Shown in pieces: positions 17,113 through 24,350 of a stretch of 25,993 nt of DNA. Position 1 is the stretch's first letter, and every line of letters starts with the position of its first letter. The stretch covers positions 1 to 25,993 of the IMG/VR virus record IMGVR_UViG_3300046757_000313; one strand, given 5' to 3'. Origin of the DNA: a virus (taxonomy: Duplodnaviria > Caudoviricetes). The position numbers and the translations under genes are program-made. Below the pieces are notes generated by a model. It was not told the DNA's origin. It searched no databases and saw nothing but the letters and a program-made list of their open reading frames with translations.

Positions 17113-17491
17113 AGAACAACGCAAACAACGTCTAGATGATGTGGTGTTCGATTATATTCAAGATGAAACTGTTACTCCAAAACAATTTCATGATGACTTG
17201 ATTCAAATTCTTAAGAGTCATGTTGACCACTACCAAGAACGTGCTTTGGAAGTTGACCGTATGATCTTTTTGGTCAACGGCGAAAGTCAAAGTCCAGACA
17301 TGTCCAGATATAGTCAGTACGATCAATCCGAAATTGACGCTATGTGTCATGAAGCAGATCGCGTCAATAAAGAAGATCTTAATTTGAAGATCCAAGCCAA
17401 TTCGCCCTACAATGACGGTTGGACTCAGGAGTTCTATAAAGACGAAGTGGAACACTCTAAGTATTATTACGATTTTGATCGAAATCGTTGA
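17102..17491 (+). CDS. Hypothetical protein
   Basis: Likely start at ATG 17099 or 17102 (MTYEEQRKQRL...), not the ORF-track start at 17036. Confidence 0.7.
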   Translation: MTYEEQRKQRLDDVVFDYIQDETVTPKQFHDDLIQILKSHVDHYQERALEVDRMIFLVNGESQSPDMSRYSQYDQSEIDAMCHEADRVNKEDLNLKIQANSPYNDGWTQEFYKDEVEHSKYYYDFDRNR

Positions 17492-17536
17492 AACCCTGAC
17501 ATTACTAGATAAAATACTACTAGATACTTACGCACT

Positions 17537-17683
17537 ATGACTTTTAAGAGAGAAAAAGAAGAACTCTGTTCCGAAGAGATCAAATCAATCGAGAAAGCCG
17601 TGGAAGAACAGGGTATTCGTGCAATTCATCCAGATAAAATGGAAGATTGGGCAGAACACCTTGTCAGAAAATTGAAGTCATAG
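17537..17683 (+). CDS. Small hypothetical protein (48 aa, MTFKREKEELCSEEIKSIEKAVEEQGIRAIHPDKMEDWAEHLVRKLKS), not in ORF track
   Basis: Translated by hand; fills the intergenic gap. Confidence 0.7.
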   Translation: MTFKREKEELCSEEIKSIEKAVEEQGIRAIHPDKMEDWAEHLVRKLKS

Positions 17684-17689
17684 TACAAT
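17661..17689 (+). promoter_or_regulatory. Sigma70-like (early) promoter for glutaredoxin
   Basis: TTGTCA-N17-TACAAT. Confidence 0.55.
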
Positions 17690-17711
17690 TATCCCATGTA
17701 TGTATTTTTAA

Positions 17712-17948
17712 ATGAAATTTATTGTCTACAGTAAAGAATCATGTCCACATTGTTATCAGGTAAAAACGGCTCTTGAACTATGTGGTTTAGATCCTACAGT
17801 TTATGAGTTGGGGGAAGATTACACAAACGAAGAATTCTATGATAAATTTGGAAATGGTTCAACCTTTCCACAAGTTCTTTGTGATAATGAACTCCTCGGA
17901 GGTGCGAAGGAAACTATTTTATACCTCAAATCCAAGTCATTAACATGA
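17712..17948 (+). CDS. Glutaredoxin (NrdC-like)
   Basis: YSKESCPHC, TFPQV, LLGG. Confidence 0.93.
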   Translation: MKFIVYSKESCPHCYQVKTALELCGLDPTVYELGEDYTNEEFYDKFGNGSTFPQVLCDNELLGGAKETILYLKSKSLT

Positions 17949-18124
17949 ATCCTAAGGATGACGAGTTGCACATAAATAGAGGTGTGGAGCTATTATTAAG
18001 GAGAAAAAAACCCCCTGAAAAATCGAAAACATTTCATGTGAAATTCGGTAAAATGTTTTCTCTCCTTAAACGAGAGATTAATATTTACTTTGAATTTTCT
18101 ACAGATATAAGAAAAACTAAGTAG
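17945..18124 (+). CDS. Small basic hypothetical protein (59 aa, MNPKDDELHINRGVELLLRRKKPPEK...), not in ORF track
   Basis: Translated by hand; ATGA overlap with glutaredoxin; contains a late-promoter-like CATAAATA at 17971-17978. Confidence 0.7.
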   Translation: MNPKDDELHINRGVELLLRRKKPPEKSKTFHVKFGKMFSLLKREINIYFEFSTDIRKTK

Positions 18125-18145
18125 AGTCTCTCGGAGGAACGAGTT

Positions 18146-18376
18146 ATGACAGGTCCCGTAATTGCACTTTTTTGTATGATTACCTTTATATTTCTACTAA
18201 TTGGTGGTATAATTGGTTGGATTTGGAAAGAACATGTAGTTTATTCCGCTCCAAATTTAGGATTTGTACATCCAGAGATGTTTGACGCAAATGGGAATGT
18301 GATTCCTGATGAAATTTTAGCAGTACGATTTGAAAACGATTATGACTACGACGAAGAGGACGACGACAACAACTAA
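18146..18376 (+). CDS. Small membrane protein with acidic tail
   Basis: GGAGGA RBS; N-terminal TM helix; HPEMFDANGNVIPDEILAVRFEN. Confidence 0.8.
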   Translation: MTGPVIALFCMITFIFLLIGGIIGWIWKEHVVYSAPNLGFVHPEMFDANGNVIPDEILAVRFENDYDYDEEDDDNN

Positions 18377-18875
18377 ACGTAAGTCCACTACTACTCGTAA
18401 ACCTGCCGCTAAGAAATCATCGACTCCGAAGGTAGTTCTCACTCCTTCATCAAGAGTCGATGAAATTCTTTCCGCAGTTGTTGCAGAGAGAACCAAAGCA
18501 AAGAAGATTGAAATTCTTCAACAATATAACGAAAACTTTATCAAAGCAGTCTTCATCTGGAATTTTGATGAAACTGTAAAATCCGATCTTCCACCCGGAG
18601 AAGTGCCTCTTACTGCACAGGAAGATCGTGAAGTAAACGCTTCTAGTATCCGTAAAGAGTGGGATAAACTCTATAACTTTGTGAAAGGTGGTAACGATTC
18701 TATGAGTCGCCTTCGTAAAGAGACGATGTTTATCAATATCTGCGAACAACTTAATCCAAAAGAAGCAGAGATCCTTATCCTCGTAAAGGATAAACTACTC
18801 CAAACAAAGTATAAGATCACCCAAGAACTAGTCGAGGAAGCGTATCCAGATATCCAATGGGGAGGACGTTCTTGA
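18342..18875 (+). CDS. Hypothetical T4-like cyanophage protein
   Basis: ATG 18342; K/T-rich N-tail, then K.KKIEILQ...IWNFD..VKS.LP.GEVP...LYNFVKGGN...ETMFI...L.P.EAEIL.LVKDK. Confidence 0.8.
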   Translation: MTTTKRTTTTTKRKSTTTRKPAAKKSSTPKVVLTPSSRVDEILSAVVAERTKAKKIEILQQYNENFIKAVFIWNFDETVKSDLPPGEVPLTAQEDREVNASSIRKEWDKLYNFVKGGNDSMSRLRKETMFINICEQLNPKEAEILILVKDKLLQTKYKITQELVEEAYPDIQWGGRS

Positions 18876-19133
18876 ATGAAAGTTATTCACGAAGACTGTG
18901 ATCCAACTTTATCTGATGACAAATCTCTACCAACTAGTGCTTACTTGGTAGAATATATTCAGGGAGAAACATCACACTTTGATATTGTTTCCACTGGTAA
19001 AAAGGTGGAAATCTTTGATCACTATTATGACAAATATAAAAAAGACTTAATAAACATTACTCAGACAGAAGGAAGAGCTAATCCCAAACTGTACGGGTAC
19101 AAACCGACCGAAGAAAAGAAGAAAAAACGATGA
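18876..19133 (+). CDS. Hypothetical cyanophage protein (85 aa)
   Basis: ORF abutting the previous gene, ATGA overlap with the next. Confidence 0.8.
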   Translation: MKVIHEDCDPTLSDDKSLPTSAYLVEYIQGETSHFDIVSTGKKVEIFDHYYDKYKKDLINITQTEGRANPKLYGYKPTEEKKKKR

Positions 19134-19348
19134 GCGATGGATTTAAGGGTTTTACGGATAAGGAAGATAAAGAGTTAAAACTCAACATCCGTACTAGTGA
19201 GATCAACAAAATTATTAAACAGTACAAAAAACTTAAAAAGTATAATAAGTCTTCTATGTACGAAATCACTAAACTTAGTGGTCAGGAGACTGCAGTTGAG
19301 AAACTAGTAAACGAATTTGGTATTGCCCCAGAGGCGTTAGAAGACTGA
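19130..19348 (+). CDS. Hypothetical protein (72 aa)
   Basis: ATGA-coupled ORF. Confidence 0.75.
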   Translation: MSDGFKGFTDKEDKELKLNIRTSEINKIIKQYKKLKKYNKSSMYEITKLSGQETAVEKLVNEFGIAPEALED

Positions 19349-19377
19349 ATAAAGTGTTCGTGTTGATACGAAGACAC

Positions 19378-19406
19378 TTGACTAAATATTGTATGAGGTC
19401 TATAAT
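19378..19406 (+). promoter_or_regulatory. Near-consensus sigma70 promoter
   Basis: TTGACT-N17-TATAAT; predicted start near 19413, just before the structured RNA. Confidence 0.8.
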
Positions 19407-19415
19407 GAGACCTGA

Positions 19416-19641
19416 CGTTCATCCGAGAGATCGGACGCAAGTAAGTCGCGGAACGGAGCCGTTCATCCTATGTTAGAATTATTATTCTATTCACAACTCA
19501 CATGTGCTCAAGCCGATTCAATTATGTTTCGGATGAGAACAAATGAGAACATTCCTGCCGAATATAAGGTGGAATTGATTGAGGTCATGAAGGAATCAAC
19601 CCCTGATTGCTACCCATGGGACGCAAACGACTGAAGGAACG
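19416..19641 (+). ncRNA. Tandem glutamine-riboswitch-like RNA (glnA / Downstream-peptide type), two aptamer-like copies
   Basis: Copy 1: CGTTC-A-TCCGA-GAGA-TCGGA-CGCAAGTAAGTCGCG-GAACG (19416-19455). Copy 2: CGTTC-A-TCCTATG...CATGGGA-CGCAAACGACTGAAG-GAACG (19460-19641). Lies between a promoter and a YRGxxY peptide gene. Family assignment is from recall of the motif, not from a covariance-model search. Confidence 0.65.
19470..19634 (+). CDS. 54-aa protein nested in RNA copy 2 (MLELLFYSQLTCAQADSIMFRMRTNENIPAEYKVELIEVMKESTPDCYPWDAND), not in ORF track
   Basis: Translated by hand; GGAG about 10 nt upstream of ATG 19470; stop TGA at 19632-19634. Confidence 0.7.
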   Translation: MLELLFYSQLTCAQADSIMFRMRTNENIPAEYKVELIEVMKESTPDCYPWDAND

Positions 19642-19705
19642 GGAAAAAACGGATCCTCGGAAACGAGAGAAGGTTAATTTTCACCCAACTTCAGGAGTAA
19701 CAATC

Positions 19706-19873
19706 ATGAATACACTTAATCTCATCAGAAAGCAGATCAACAAAGCATCTGCACTTCACGACGCACAGATTACCCACACCTCATATCGTGGTGTTGAGTA
19801 TTCTACCCGTTGTGTAGAAAGTAAGGAAGCCCACGGTACATTCTGCTATCGCGGTAAGACTTACACTAAGTGA
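19706..19873 (+). CDS. DUF4278-like small protein (55 aa)
   Basis: AGGAG RBS before ATG 19706; two YRG motifs (YRGVEY, YRGKTY). Confidence 0.75.
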   Translation: MNTLNLIRKQINKASALHDAQITHTSYRGVEYSTRCVESKEAHGTFCYRGKTYTK

Positions 19874-19892
19874 TTAGTAAACTTACTTAACG

Positions 19893-19918
19893 GAGAGGTT
19901 TTATACCTCTCTTTTTTT
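19893..19918 (+). terminator. Rho-independent terminator
   Basis: GAGAGGT-TTTAT-ACCTCTC followed by T7. Confidence 0.85.
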
Positions 19919-19958
19919 ATGTCTATAAAAACTAAATACTCATACGTTGCGAACATTT

Positions 19959-20327
19959 ATGGATCTTCTCCAATCGCCCGATGAATACTTGTTTAACCTG
20001 TACACAACAAGTTCATCCGAAGCTCGACGATTGTGGAAAGACCGAATAAAAGAAAGTTGGGATAATAAGTGCGCCTATTGTGGTTCGGAAGAAAATCTAA
20101 CACTAGATCATGTTGTTCCACATTGTAGAGGTGGATCAGATATGACAAAAAATATTGTATGTTGTTGTAGTTCGTGTAACCAATCAAAGGGACATGAACA
20201 CTGGAAGTTATGGTATATTCAACAGGATTTTTATAATGAAGATAATTTTAATAAAATAGAAGACTGGATGGAACCACCCGCACCCATCCTATATCGTATA
20301 AGAAGAAGAAGAAATATAAATTATTAA
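19959..20327 (+). CDS. HNH endonuclease
   Basis: CAYCG....LTLDHVVP..RGG.D...N.V.CC..CN..KG; ACTAAATA upstream at 19931-19938. Confidence 0.92.
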   Translation: MDLLQSPDEYLFNLYTTSSSEARRLWKDRIKESWDNKCAYCGSEENLTLDHVVPHCRGGSDMTKNIVCCCSSCNQSKGHEHWKLWYIQQDFYNEDNFNKIEDWMEPPAPILYRIRRRRNINY

Positions 20328-20502
20328 CTTATATTTCAAAAAAATATTACAAATACTTTCTTTTTTTGTATTATCGTATAAAAGATAACAAACTTAGTTA
20401 ATTTGTGTGTAAATCATGACATTTCTACTATATAAGTGTAGAATTAGGGATGAAAAGATGATCTGAGAATTTATTCTTTTCAAAAAATAAATTGGAGTGG
20501 AA

Positions 20503-20676
20503 ATGCACAATCTACTATCCCGAGCTCAATTTGACGAGTGGCGACATTTAGAACGTACTATCGATGATTTGAGGGAGGACGAGCAAAAAATCAGTGACTA
20601 CTATGAATGTCTAATCGAGTGTGATATACTAAGACAACAGGAGTGTAAAAAGGTATGCAGGAAAATTCTTAATTAG
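20503..20676 (+). CDS. Small Cys-rich protein (57 aa, MHNLLSRAQFDEWRHLERTIDDLREDEQKISDYYECLIECDILRQQECKKVCRKILN), not in ORF track
   Basis: Translated by hand; GGAG RBS; CxxxC-x7-CxxxC; followed by a terminator. Confidence 0.8.
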   Translation: MHNLLSRAQFDEWRHLERTIDDLREDEQKISDYYECLIECDILRQQECKKVCRKILN

Positions 20677-20702
20677 TAAGTTTTGTCTAACAGATCGTTT
20701 TT

Positions 20703-20730
20703 AGGGGGTTGGTGACAACCTCCTTTTTTT
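20703..20730 (+). terminator. Rho-independent terminator
   Basis: AGGGGGTTG-GTGA-CAACCTCCT followed by a T run. Confidence 0.85.
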
Positions 20731-20745
20731 GTGTTAAAATAAATA
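20712..20745 (+). promoter_or_regulatory. Sigma70-like promoter overlapping a late promoter
   Basis: GTGACA-N17-TAAAAT with extended TG; AATAAATA at 20738-20745. Confidence 0.6.
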
Positions 20746-20761
20746 AGAACAAGGTTTTTTT

Positions 20762-20920
20762 ATGCAAAAAGAAAAACTAAAATTAATCGTCCGAAATCTT
20801 AAATCACTGGTTGATCTCCTAGAGTCTGAAGTCTATTCTGATCCAGACGCTTATGTGGTAAAATCAGAGACAAGCATATATGCCAACAGTGACAACGATG
20901 ACGACGGATACCCAGACTAA
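20762..20920 (+). CDS. Small hypothetical protein (52 aa, MQKEKLKLIVRNLKSLVDLLESEVYSDPDAY...DDDGYPD), not in ORF track
   Basis: Translated by hand; AAGG RBS; directly downstream of the promoter. Confidence 0.8.
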   Translation: MQKEKLKLIVRNLKSLVDLLESEVYSDPDAYVVKSETSIYANSDNDDDGYPD

Positions 20921-20927
20921 ACATTCT

Positions 20928-21590
20928 ATGACAAACCAAATCAAACTTATCGCCCTGACTCAAGGTGCAGGTGAACTTCTTGAGAAAACGGCGCAAGAAG
21001 TTATTTCGTATGTCGCTCGTGTAAGCAATCCAAACAATCAATTAAACTTTGATACCTCTGCAGGTCTTCTTAAGTACTGCATCAAACACGAACATTGGTC
21101 AATCTTTGAACAGGCTTATATGACTCTGGAGATTAATACTACCAGAGCTATCGCGGCTCAAATTTTGCGTCACCGTTCATTTACATATCAAGAATTTTCT
21201 CAGCGTTATGCTGCGTCTACTTCTCTCGATCCCATTCAGATGCCAGAGTTCCGTCGTCAAGATACTAAGAATCGTCAAAATAGTACTGATGATATGGATC
21301 CCTTTGAGGTTCAAAACCTTGAGATGCAGACTAAAACTCTATTTGACTCTGCAATTGCACTGTACGAACAGATGCTTGAGAGAGGTGTTGCTAAGGAATG
21401 TGCTAGAAATATTTTACCTCTCGCAACGCCAACAAGAATTTACATGACTGGCTCTGTAAGATCATGGATTCATTATATAAATCTGCGCTCTGGTCACGGA
21501 ACTCAGAAAGAACATATGGACATTGCAGAAGGATGTCGTGAGATTTTTGTCGAACAATTCCCAGAGATTGCAACCGCTTTAGAGTGGTAA
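20928..21590 (+). CDS. thyX: Flavin-dependent thymidylate synthase
   Basis: ARVSNP, HWSIFE, QILRHRSFTYQEFSQRY (RHRx7S), GVAKECAR..LP, RSWIHY..LR; ATG 20928 avoids overlap with the upstream ORF. Confidence 0.96.
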   Translation: MTNQIKLIALTQGAGELLEKTAQEVISYVARVSNPNNQLNFDTSAGLLKYCIKHEHWSIFEQAYMTLEINTTRAIAAQILRHRSFTYQEFSQRYAASTSLDPIQMPEFRRQDTKNRQNSTDDMDPFEVQNLEMQTKTLFDSAIALYEQMLERGVAKECARNILPLATPTRIYMTGSVRSWIHYINLRSGHGTQKEHMDIAEGCREIFVEQFPEIATALEW

Positions 21591-21614
21591 TATATAAGAT
21601 AATAGGTATTAAAT

Positions 21615-22514
21615 ATGTCCGTTTCTGTTATTTGTGCGTGTAGGGATAGAATCAAACCTTTGACGATATCCCTTTCTTCTTGGTTATTGTTTGATCAAAT
21701 TAAAGAGATAATTATTGTTGACTGGTCTTCTAAAGAGGAGATCAGTCACTTGACAAAACTAGATGATAGAATCAAGGTGATTCGGGTCAATGATGAAGAG
21801 TTCTTCAATCAACCCCAACCCCTGAATCTTGCTGCGTCTATGGCTACAGGAGAATTTATTCTGAAGTTTGATGCTGATCATATCCTGAACCCTTACTATA
21901 ATTTCTTCCACGTCAACGGTATCTTTGATGATGAATCGTTTGTGAGTGGCGTGAATGATAATGTTGGGGATGAGTGTCTTCATCCTATCTGGGGACTCTT
22001 GTACGTCCGCCGAGAGCACTTTGAGAAGGTCGGTGGCTACAATGAGAAGATGGGTAAGTACTATGCGGTAGAAGATGATGAAATCTCCATCAGACTCCAG
22101 GCCGCGGGGTATACGTGTTGTCCTATCGATATGCGTGTTCTGACTGCAATCCACATCCCACATAACGATGAGGTTAGAATCTCTAACTTTGAAGGATATG
22201 CAAAGGATCGTGAGTTCCTGGATGTCTTTGAGAAACAAACTGGACACTGGTACAAAGATCGCATTGATGAAGTGATCGCTCCTGGCATCATGGGTATCCT
22301 CAACAGTAAGGAACTCAAGAAGACTAAGTTCAAGTATCTGACTGAACAACACAAAGAGAAGAACATGGAAATCTTTGGTCTTAAAGAATATATCGACAAG
22401 TCTCGATACGACTATGGTGGTATTGACTTTGATCAACCAAACTTCAAGTTGTATGACTGGAAAACCAAAGAAGTAGAATCAAATTACTTCATTGCAACAA
22501 AGAAAGAGAAATGA
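21615..22514 (+). CDS. GT-A fold glycosyltransferase (GT2 / GT7-C-like), paralog 1
   Basis: SVICACRDR, IIIVDWSS, LNLA, KFDAD (DxD), FEKVGGYNE....Y..EDDE...RL. Confidence 0.88.
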   Translation: MSVSVICACRDRIKPLTISLSSWLLFDQIKEIIIVDWSSKEEISHLTKLDDRIKVIRVNDEEFFNQPQPLNLAASMATGEFILKFDADHILNPYYNFFHVNGIFDDESFVSGVNDNVGDECLHPIWGLLYVRREHFEKVGGYNEKMGKYYAVEDDEISIRLQAAGYTCCPIDMRVLTAIHIPHNDEVRISNFEGYAKDREFLDVFEKQTGHWYKDRIDEVIAPGIMGILNSKELKKTKFKYLTEQHKEKNMEIFGLKEYIDKSRYDYGGIDFDQPNFKLYDWKTKEVESNYFIATKKEK

Positions 22515-23317
22515 GTGTATCAGTGATATCTGCCTGTATGAACAGGGTGGATCCACTATCCATTTCTATTCAATCGTGGGCAATGAGTGACCACATTGAT
22601 GAAATCGTTTTCGTTGACTGGTCATCAGACAAATCCTCAGAACATTTAACTAAGATCAGTCCAAAGATCAAACGTGTGTATGTTCCTGATCAAAAATACT
22701 TTAATCAACCTCAACCACTAAATCTTGCATTTAAGATTTCAAGTGGAGATCAAATCTTGAAACTGGACTCAGACACGATTCTAAATCCATACTTTAATTT
22801 CTTTGATGAATTTAAGGTTGATGAGTTTAGTTTTGCCTCTGGTTTATATTCCCCAGGACATAAGTGTTTGCGGCCGATCTGGGGGACTATCTTTGTCAAT
22901 AGAGAAAACTATGCAAAAGTTGGTGGATATAATGAATCAATGGGTGAGTTTGTTGCTTGGGAAGATGATGAGATTGTAAATCGTTTCTTGCTCTCAGGAC
23001 TAGAACATCGTAGAATTCAAGCGTCGAAGAATACTATCTTCGCCATGCCCCATGACAATAAGAAGAGAATCGAGAACTTCAAAGCTTATAATGAAAATGG
23101 GGAGATTGAAAAGAAGGTAAGAACTCTTATGGAAAAGAAGGGGTATGATGTTGAAGATAATATCGACTATGCAATCCTTTCTCACCATACAATTCTAAAC
23201 AACAAAAAATATAAACGATACAAAGGTGACAGTTATTATGCGGAACCAGTTGTAGACTGGAACGTAACACAAGTCGATGAACAGAATTATGTTTGTCAAA
23301 AATCATCCACTAAATAA
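22511..23317 (+). CDS. GT-A fold glycosyltransferase (GT2 / GT7-C-like), paralog 2
   Basis: SVISACMNR, VFVDWSS, FNQPQPLNLA, KLDSD, KVGGYNE...WEDDE. Confidence 0.88.
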   Translation: MSVSVISACMNRVDPLSISIQSWAMSDHIDEIVFVDWSSDKSSEHLTKISPKIKRVYVPDQKYFNQPQPLNLAFKISSGDQILKLDSDTILNPYFNFFDEFKVDEFSFASGLYSPGHKCLRPIWGTIFVNRENYAKVGGYNESMGEFVAWEDDEIVNRFLLSGLEHRRIQASKNTIFAMPHDNKKRIENFKAYNENGEIEKKVRTLMEKKGYDVEDNIDYAILSHHTILNNKKYKRYKGDSYYAEPVVDWNVTQVDEQNYVCQKSSTK

Positions 23318-23338
23318 TTTTGTAGTCCTAAATTTATC

Positions 23339-23581
23339 ATGCCCACATATCCTGTAAAGAATTTGAAAACTGGTGAAGAACAAGAATTGAGTATGTCCAT
23401 TACGGACTACGATCAATGGAGAAAAGACAACCCCGACTGGGATAAAGACTGGTCGAAAGGTTGTGCTGCCGCCCAAGAAGTTGGGGATTGGCAGAATAAA
23501 CTGATCTCTAGAAACCCAGGGTGGAATGATGTCTTGAAAAAGGCAGGTAAAGCTCCTGGATCTCGCGTAAAACCTTTATAA
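23339..23581 (+). CDS. Hypothetical T4-like cyanophage protein
   Basis: MPTYPVKNLKTGE...W.K.NPDW...GWNDVL; ACTAAATA upstream at 23309-23316; directly before phoH. Confidence 0.8.
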   Translation: MPTYPVKNLKTGEEQELSMSITDYDQWRKDNPDWDKDWSKGCAAAQEVGDWQNKLISRNPGWNDVLKKAGKAPGSRVKPL

Positions 23582-23591
23582 CCAACAGCAT

Positions 23592-24350
23592 ATGCCCAGA
23601 TCAAAGAAGTCCAACGGCGGAAACATTGGTGTTGGTATGAGTACCAAACAAATGAGACGTAAGAAACCCATCAATACTGATTTGATGGTTGACATTAATC
23701 CTCTAACAGACAATCAGAAAAAATTCTTTGATGAGTATAAGAGTGGTAAGAACATGTTCGCTTACGGTGCCGCAGGTACTGGTAAGACTTTTATTGCTTT
23801 GTATCACGCACTAAGAGATGTTCTTGACCCTGAAACTCCATATGATAAAGTTTACATTGTAAGATCTCTGGTATCCACGCGAGAGATTGGTTTTCTTCCT
23901 GGAGACCACGAAGACAAAGCTGCACTTTATCAGATTCCATATAAGAATATGGTGAAGTATATGTTTGAACTTGTTTCGGACTCAGACTTTGAGATGCTTT
24001 ATGGTAATCTTAAAGCACAAGAAACTATTTCATTCTGGTCTACGAGTTTCATCCGTGGTACTACTCTAGACAGGGCAGTAGTTGTTGTGGATGAAATGCA
24101 AAACTTGAACTTCCACGAGTTAGATAGTATAATAACAAGGATTGGTGAAGATAGTAAGATTGTATTTTGTGGTGATGCCACTCAAACCGACCTTACCCGA
24201 TCCAATGAAAAAAATGGTATCCTTGATTTCATGAAAATTATTCGTGCAATGGAATACGATTTTTCAACTGTAGAATTTGGAACCGAAGACATTGTACGTT
24301 CGGGTCTTGTCAAGAACTACATTGTAACTAAACTAGCAATGGGTATGTAA
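23592..24350 (+). CDS. phoH: PhoH-family ATPase
   Basis: GAAGTGKT Walker A, IGFLPG, FIRGTT, VDEMQN, GDATQTDL, DIVRSGLV. Confidence 0.96.
   Translation: MPRSKKSNGGNIGVGMSTKQMRRKKPINTDLMVDINPLTDNQKKFFDEYKSGKNMFAYGAAGTGKTFIALYHALRDVLDPETPYDKVYIVRSLVSTREIGFLPGDHEDKAALYQIPYKNMVKYMFELVSDSDFEMLYGNLKAQETISFWSTSFIRGTTLDRAVVVVDEMQNLNFHELDSIITRIGEDSKIVFCGDATQTDLTRSNEKNGILDFMKIIRAMEYDFSTVEFGTEDIVRSGLVKNYIVTKLAMGM

Noticed and set aside
17503-17526. Direct repeat TACTAGATA x2
   Set aside because: Only two 9-mers in AT-rich intergenic DNA; not an array and not a convincing Pho box
19607-19705. N-terminal extension of the 88-aa ORF in the track
   Set aside because: TTG start overlaps the structured RNA and the nested ORF; a strong AGGAG RBS supports ATG 19706
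20880-20927. N-terminal extension of thyX (MPTVTTMTTDTQTKHS)
   Set aside because: It is the alternate-frame reading of the acidic tail of the 20762-20920 ORF
21759-22436. 225-aa minus-strand ORF
   Set aside because: Lies wholly antisense to a well-supported glycosyltransferase, has no motifs, and is explained by sense-strand codon bias
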